DNA of 64,000 bases from Bdellovibrionales bacterium. Lineage in GTDB: Bacteria > Bdellovibrionota > Bdellovibrionia > Bdellovibrionales > UBA1609. The stretch is taken from positions 992,001 through 1,056,000 of the forward strand of contig OZ241877.1 of NCBI GenBank assembly GCA_965203095.1. Direction: 5' to 3'. The notes under the pieces are model-generated. The model worked only from the letters and a program-made list of their open reading frames with translations, did no database searches and had not been told where the DNA came from. A program made the position numbers and the translations under genes. Shown here piece by piece: positions 58,665-64,000 of the stretch (positions are counted from its first letter, which is position 1; each line of letters begins with the position of its first letter).

Positions 58665-59303
58665 ATGAAAATGCTCAGTTGGCTTTTTGTGAGTTTTTTT
58701 TCTTTACCTCAAGAACCTCAGACAACTTTTCTTTTGCAGGCTCAGCAAGCCCTCAAGCAGGCCCTTAAAAGCTATCGTTTTAAAGCTATGCAGATCTCAA
58801 CCGATCAAGAGATTTTTTTATCCTCTGCTAAAACCAGTATAAAAAGTCAGGGAATTTTAAACATCAAAGGCAAAAAATTCTATCTTTACTTAAAAGGGCA
58901 CCCCTCCTCCACTGTTCTTTTTGATGGAAAGGTCTTATGGTATCAAGCGGACATGAGTGAAAAAACTGTTTTCAAGTTAAAAAATCCGCCTCAAATTTCC
59001 ATTTTAACCCATTGGTTTAACGAGAAGAGTTTTTTTGATCATTTTCTTATTCAACAGGCTCAGGTAAAAAATAAGGATTATATCCTTCAACTCTCACCAA
59101 AACGGGAAATTGCTGGACTAAAGGCTATTTATATAAAACTCAGCTCTCACATTACAGAGCTGAGAATAGTATGGGAAGATTTAGACAACTGGCAAAAGTA
59201 TCATTTTGCAAGACCGATTCCAAAGAATATTCCTGATAAAAACTTCCAATTTTCCATAGAAGGCTTTCAAGTGATCACAAAAGAGGCTTTGAGCCTGTTT
59301 TAA
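58665..59303 (+). CDS. LolA-like outer membrane lipoprotein carrier
   Basis: SQGILNIKGKKF, VLFDGKVLWY and LQLSPK strand pattern, about 210 aa. Confidence 0.7.
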   Translation: MKMLSWLFVSFFSLPQEPQTTFLLQAQQALKQALKSYRFKAMQISTDQEIFLSSAKTSIKSQGILNIKGKKFYLYLKGHPSSTVLFDGKVLWYQADMSEKTVFKLKNPPQISILTHWFNEKSFFDHFLIQQAQVKNKDYILQLSPKREIAGLKAIYIKLSSHITELRIVWEDLDNWQKYHFARPIPKNIPDKNFQFSIEGFQVITKEALSLF

Positions 59304-59308
59304 GCTCT

Positions 59309-60256
59309 CTAACCACCATTTTTATTTTTCATTTCCAAAACCATTTTTTTAACTGAATTTGCTGAGTTTTTAAATTGTTTTTGCTCTTCAGAGTTTAATG
59401 GGACTTCTATAATCTCTTCCAAGCCCTTTCCCCCCAATTTACAGGGGACTCCTACAAAAACATTTTCTTCCCCATACTCTCCTTTCAACAAGGCGGAGCA
59501 AGGCAAAATCCTCTTTTGGTCTTTTAGAATGGATTCCACCATTTCCACCACTCCCATTGCTGGAGCATAATGAGCAGAACCCCGTTTTAAAAGAGAAACC
59601 ACCTCTCCGCCTCCTTTTTTAGTTCTCTCCACAAGCTCCTCCTGATCTTTTTTGCTTATTAAGACGGAGAGAGGGATCGCCCCTACAGAGCAGTAGCGAA
59701 TTAAGGGGACCATGTTGTCTCCATGTCCTCCCAGGACTAGAGCGGAGATGTCTTTCACTGAGCAGTTCAGCTTTTCCGCAACAAAGCTTTTAAACCGCAA
59801 GCTGTCTAAAACACCGGCCATGCCAACAATTTTTTCCCTTGGAGGTTGGAGAATTTGATAAGCCAAAGAAACCATTGCATCTAAAGGGTTAGAAACCACA
59901 ATAAAAATAGAGTGAGGCGAGTGTTTTTTTAGTTCCTCACAAACACTTTTCATAATTTGCCCATTCATGGCCAAAAGATCTGAGCGACTCATCCCTGGCT
60001 TTCTGGGCTGGCCAGCGGTAATGACTACAATATCTGAGTTTTTTGTTAGGTTATAGTCTGCCCCGCCTTGAATGGATATGCTGGCCCCCAATGCTGGAGC
60101 TGAAGACAAAAGATCCACAGCTCTGCCCCGGGCCAAGCCCTCATTAACATCAATTAGGCTTATGTCGGCCAAATCCTTGGACAAAATCCAATGGGCTGAG
60201 CTTGAGCCTACAAAGCCACTACCTATAATGCTCACTTTTTTTCTTTTATGGGTCAT
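59309..60256 (-). CDS. mdh: Malate dehydrogenase (LDH-like)
   Basis: IIGSGFVG, ITAGQPRKPGMSRSDL, VSNPLDAM, GVLDSLR and LGGHGD. Confidence 0.96.
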   Translation of the reverse strand: MTHKRKKVSIIGSGFVGSSSAHWILSKDLADISLIDVNEGLARGRAVDLLSSAPALGASISIQGGADYNLTKNSDIVVITAGQPRKPGMSRSDLLAMNGQIMKSVCEELKKHSPHSIFIVVSNPLDAMVSLAYQILQPPREKIVGMAGVLDSLRFKSFVAEKLNCSVKDISALVLGGHGDNMVPLIRYCSVGAIPLSVLISKKDQEELVERTKKGGGEVVSLLKRGSAHYAPAMGVVEMVESILKDQKRILPCSALLKGEYGEENVFVGVPCKLGGKGLEEIIEVPLNSEEQKQFKNSANSVKKMVLEMKNKNGG

Positions 60257-60502
60257 AAAAACTCCTGAACATCCCTCTGATAAGCTTATTATGCAGTAGG
60301 GACAGGCTCTAAAATTTTCCTTTTAATAAGAATTATCAGAAAAGCAAGGACAATGGCAAAGCTCTTTTTTAAAAATTATTTTAAAAAATATATAGACAAT
60401 GGCTTTTTTTTACTTTATGTTAGCTCCATTCGCCAAGCTTTTTACAATCTCACAAAAAAGGGTGAGGGGGCAAAATCAGCGGGCCATAAAAAAGAGGGAA
60501 AT

Positions 60503-60742
60503 ATGATAGATCAATTAAAAAAAAATCCAAAGGATACAGGTAGTGCTCCGGTGCAAACGGCCCTATTGACACAAAAAATAATTCGGCTTACAAAACACTT
60601 TAATACTCATAAAAAGGACTTTCATTCTATGAGAGGGCTTATGAAAATGGTGAGCCAGAGGAAAAAACTGCTATCCTATATGAAAAAAACAGAACCTAAA
60701 ATTTGGCAAAAAACTGTTGAGAGCTTATCTCTAAGAAAATAA
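60503..60742 (+). CDS. rpsO: 30S ribosomal protein S15
   Basis: DTGSAPVQTALLT, HKKDFHSMRGL and LSLRK; upstream of pnp; GAGGG RBS before ATG 60503. Confidence 0.95.
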   Translation: MIDQLKKNPKDTGSAPVQTALLTQKIIRLTKHFNTHKKDFHSMRGLMKMVSQRKKLLSYMKKTEPKIWQKTVESLSLRK

Positions 60743-60789
60743 AAAAAACTTAAACCCAACTATTAAACGAAAGGATAACCTTAATTATT

Positions 60790-62877
60790 ATGAACAAAAA
60801 ACACACTTCTGAATGTGAAATTCAGGGCCAAAAAATTAAAATTGAAACAGGGTTTATGGCTCGTCAAGCGGATGCAGCGGTTCTGGTCAGTTGTGGTGAC
60901 AACCGCGTTTTATCTGCTGTGGTTTCATCTAAAAAGCTCCCTTCAGTGAATTTTTTCCTTTTAACTATAGAGTATCAGGAAAAGTTTTATTCTGTGGGTC
61001 GTGTGCCCGGAGGCTTTTTTAAAAGGGAGGGACGACCCAGTTATGAATCCATTTTGCGTGGCCGGCTAATCGATCGGTCCATTCGCCCGCGCTTCCCAGA
61101 GCATTATCGCTCGGAAACGCAAATAGCCACAGTGATTTTAAGCTCAGATGGGCTTTTCCCAGTGGAAGTTTTAGCCGGTATTGGGGCAAGTTCCGCTTTA
61201 CACATCAGCGATATACCCTTCGAAGGCCCTGTTGCTTTTTTAAAAACCACTTTAAATAAAGGGAAATGGCTTTTGAATCCACAAGAAGAAGGGGAACCAT
61301 CCGATATGGACCTTATTGTTGCGGGAACATTTAAAGGACTGCTTATGGTGGAAGGATCTGCACGATTTGTGTCAGAGGCTCAAGTTTTGGAAGGGTTGAA
61401 ATTTTCTCACCAATCTATGCGACCCATTTTGGAAATGCAAGAAGACTTGAGGCAAAAAACAGGTCAAAAAGCCAAAAGAGATTTTCCCACTATTGAGATA
61501 GAGGAAGAGTTAAGAAAAAAAGTTCAGGAGTTTGTATCCTCTGATTTAGATAAAGCTCTCTTACAAAAAGACAAAAAGACAAGATATTGTATTTATGATG
61601 AGATTGAACAAAAGGCTTTAGAGGAGTTTGTATCTGAAGAAGAGGATCTTACAAAAGAGGTCATATCCATTATTGAAGATTTAAAACACAAAAAAGCCAG
61701 AGATAAGCTCACAAAAAAATCCGAACGGATTGATGGTAGAAGAAACGATGAAGTTCGCCCCATATCCTGTGTGGCGGATATTTTGCCAAGAGCTCATGGT
61801 TCAGCCCTGTTCACGCGGGGGGAAACTCAAGTCCTTGGAGCTGTGACATTAGGAACAGGCGAGGATGAAAAGGTCATCGATAACCTCTGGAACTCTCATA
61901 GCAAAAAGTTTTTCCTTCATTATAACTTTCCTCCTTATTGTGTGGGGGAAACGGGCCGTTTTGGTGGTCAAAGCCGAAGAGAAATTGGGCATGGCTTTTT
62001 AGCCGAAAAGGCTTTGACCGCGGTGATCCCCTCGCATGATAAATTCCCTTATACTATTCGAGTGGTTAGCGAAGTTTTGGAGTCCAACGGTTCCAGCTCC
62101 ATGGGCACTGTTTGCTCTGGAATGATGGCTTTAATGTCAGCAGGGGTCCCTGTCACTGATCAGGTTGCGGGGATTGCCATGGGTTTGATTAAAGAAGGAG
62201 ATCAGGTGATTGTGCTGTCGGATATTCTTGGAGATGAGGATCATCTTGGGGATATGGATTTTAAAGTAGCTGGTTCTAAAGAGGGAATTACAGCTCTACA
62301 AATGGATATTAAAATAGATAGCATAGGTTTTGACATAATCAAAAGGGCACTTGAACAGGCTTTAAAAGGCCGACGGGAAGTTTTAAGTGAAATGCAAAAA
62401 GCCATCTCTGAGCCACGAAAAGAGTTGAGTCAATATGCTCCCAGGATTGAAATTCTAAAAATTGACCCGGAGAAAATCCGCGAAGTGATTGGAACAGGAG
62501 GCAAAACCATCACTGCCATCACTGAGGAAACAGGGGTAAAAATTGATATTGAAAATGACGGAACTTTGTTTATTGCTTCCGTGAAACAAGAGAATTTGGA
62601 AAAAGCAATAAAACTCATTGAACGTATATGTGAAGAGGTAGAAGAGGGGAAGGTTTATGAAGGCTTAGTGACTGGGATTAAAGAGTTTGGAGCATTTGTT
62701 GAGATACTTCCTAAAACCTCTGGTTTGCTTCATGTCTCTCAAATATCTCATAAGAGGGTTGCCAAAGTGTCCGATGTTTTAAAAATGGGAGATAAAATAA
62801 AAGTGAAAGTTGTAAATATAGATAACAGTGGCCGAATCCGCCTCAGTGCCAAAGCAGTTGAGAAAAAAGACAACTAA
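60790..62877 (+). CDS. pnp: Polyribonucleotide nucleotidyltransferase
   Basis: PGGFFKREGRP, HGSALFTRGETQ, ESNGSSSM and EDHLGDMDFKVAG; KH and S1 domains. Confidence 0.98.
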   Translation: MNKKHTSECEIQGQKIKIETGFMARQADAAVLVSCGDNRVLSAVVSSKKLPSVNFFLLTIEYQEKFYSVGRVPGGFFKREGRPSYESILRGRLIDRSIRPRFPEHYRSETQIATVILSSDGLFPVEVLAGIGASSALHISDIPFEGPVAFLKTTLNKGKWLLNPQEEGEPSDMDLIVAGTFKGLLMVEGSARFVSEAQVLEGLKFSHQSMRPILEMQEDLRQKTGQKAKRDFPTIEIEEELRKKVQEFVSSDLDKALLQKDKKTRYCIYDEIEQKALEEFVSEEEDLTKEVISIIEDLKHKKARDKLTKKSERIDGRRNDEVRPISCVADILPRAHGSALFTRGETQVLGAVTLGTGEDEKVIDNLWNSHSKKFFLHYNFPPYCVGETGRFGGQSRREIGHGFLAEKALTAVIPSHDKFPYTIRVVSEVLESNGSSSMGTVCSGMMALMSAGVPVTDQVAGIAMGLIKEGDQVIVLSDILGDEDHLGDMDFKVAGSKEGITALQMDIKIDSIGFDIIKRALEQALKGRREVLSEMQKAISEPRKELSQYAPRIEILKIDPEKIREVIGTGGKTITAITEETGVKIDIENDGTLFIASVKQENLEKAIKLIERICEEVEEGKVYEGLVTGIKEFGAFVEILPKTSGLLHVSQISHKRVAKVSDVLKMGDKIKVKVVNIDNSGRIRLSAKAVEKKDN

Positions 62878-63086
62878 ACAGAGGCATGCTTCTTTTAAAA
62901 ACGGGTTCAATTTCTCCATCTTCACGCAGGAAATAAAATAGGATCCAGCCCATAGGCGGTTGTTTTTCTCCTCTTATTATATTCCTTATCCTTTTACTTA
63001 TAGACATTAAACTTTAGTCCATGAACTCACATGACACACAAAATAAAAGATTAACTTACAAGGGCATTAGAGATTAAAATAAGGAC

Positions 63087-64000
63087 ATGCCACAAGGCGA
63101 CATGACTCCCTTTTTATTTAAAGAAACATTTGAAGCTAAAAAAGAATCTCTTTTAAATCAGTTATCGTCTAAAAACAAAAGATATAAATATAAAAGGTTG
63201 TGCCTTTCACCAATAAGATATGCTGGGGGAAAGTCTTTAGCTGTTGGCCATATTATTGAAAATTTACCTAATATAAAAAGGCTTATTTCTCCGTTCTTTG
63301 GTGGGGGAAGTGTTGAGATTGCAATAGCTCAAAAATTAGGCATTAAAGTAATAGGTTCAGATATAGATAAGCCTCTTGTGAACTATTGGAAGTTCCAGTT
63401 AAAACACCCGGAAAAACTATACAGATCTTTAAAGAGACTTCAGCCGGACAGGGAGACTTATTATAAAGTCATGAGGATATGCAGGAAATGGAGAAGTGGG
63501 GAAAAGAAATTAACGGATCTTCAACTGGCCACATATTTCTTTTTTAATCACGCTTTAAGTTATGGCCCCAGCTTTATAGGCTGGCCGTCAAAAATTTACC
63601 TTAATAAAGAAAGATATTTAAAATTATTGAGTAAATTAAGAAATTTTAAGGCAGAAATAAAAATTTATAATCTTTCTTTTGAAAAACTTTTTAAAAAATA
63701 TCCTAATGATTTTTTTTATTGTGATCCGCCTTATTTTTTAAAAGAAGATTGCCCGTCAAGCAAAATGTTTAACGGAGTATATCCGGAAAGAAACAAACCC
63801 GTTTATCATAATAATTTTGACCATGATTCGTTAAAAAATTGCTTAAAAAAACATAAAGGCGGTTTTATTCTTTCTTATAATAACTGCGATAAAGCTATCA
63901 AGTATTACGAAACATACAAAATAGTTTATCCTGATTGGCAATATACAATGGGTCAAGGGGAGACCAGGATTTCAAAAATCTTAGGGAATAGAAACATATT
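63087..64000 (+). CDS. Dam-like (D12 class) DNA adenine methyltransferase, 3'-truncated by the window edge
   Basis: Not in the ORF track because it has no stop in the window. Manual translation gives SPIRYAGGKS, ISPFFGGGSVE, FYCDPPY and FILSYN. Confidence 0.9.
   Translation, partial: MPQGDMTPFLFKETFEAKKESLLNQLSSKNKRYKYKRLCLSPIRYAGGKSLAVGHIIENLPNIKRLISPFFGGGSVEIAIAQKLGIKVIGSDIDKPLVNYWKFQLKHPEKLYRSLKRLQPDRETYYKVMRICRKWRSGEKKLTDLQLATYFFFNHALSYGPSFIGWPSKIYLNKERYLKLLSKLRNFKAEIKIYNLSFEKLFKKYPNDFFYCDPPYFLKEDCPSSKMFNGVYPERNKPVYHNNFDHDSLKNCLKKHKGGFILSYNNCDKAIKYYETYKIVYPDWQYTMGQGETRISKILGNRNI

Noticed and set aside
60353..60502. N-terminal extension of S15, and similar extensions on rluB-like, purM, etfB and tadC-like ORFs
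   Set aside because: Longest-ORF artefacts that overlap promoters or neighbouring genes; downstream starts fit the families better.
1..64000. rRNA, tRNA, transposase, integrase or prophage genes
   Set aside because: None recognised by eye; the remaining short ORFs in the track overlap well-supported genes and are treated as spurious.

Overview
AT-rich bacterial chromosome segment, most likely from a member of the Bdellovibrionales. The assignment is inferred from a Bd0055-type bacterial histone, Bdellovibrio-type vWA lipoproteins, a REC-J-TPR protein, type IVa pilins and FliA-like promoters. Most of the window is housekeeping genes in a shuffled order: dnaN (3' end), purE, trpS, mreCD-mrdA-rodA, purM, lspA-ileS, rseP, dnaB, ftsK, dapB, secA, dnaK, relA/spoT, etfAB, sdhCAB, uppP, mdh, rpsO and pnp. 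The strongest candidate for an undescribed system is a tandemly repeated two-gene cassette at 45.6-49.1 kb. Each unit holds a promoter, a VNTR coiled-coil PD-(D/E)XK nuclease-like gene and a type IV pilin. About 1 kb (nuclease plus pilin stalk) is nearly identical between the units, while the pilin heads are strongly diverged. Other points of interest: a putative type II R-M island whose endonuclease is split by a +1 frameshift at TTTTTTCCCC; a second methylase at the right edge; an intergenic region with three related hairpin motifs (24.2-24.5 kb); three atypical nucleoid proteins (histone, H1-like repeat protein, tandem Fis); and many apparently leaderless genes. All calls come from reading motifs by eye; no database searches were run.
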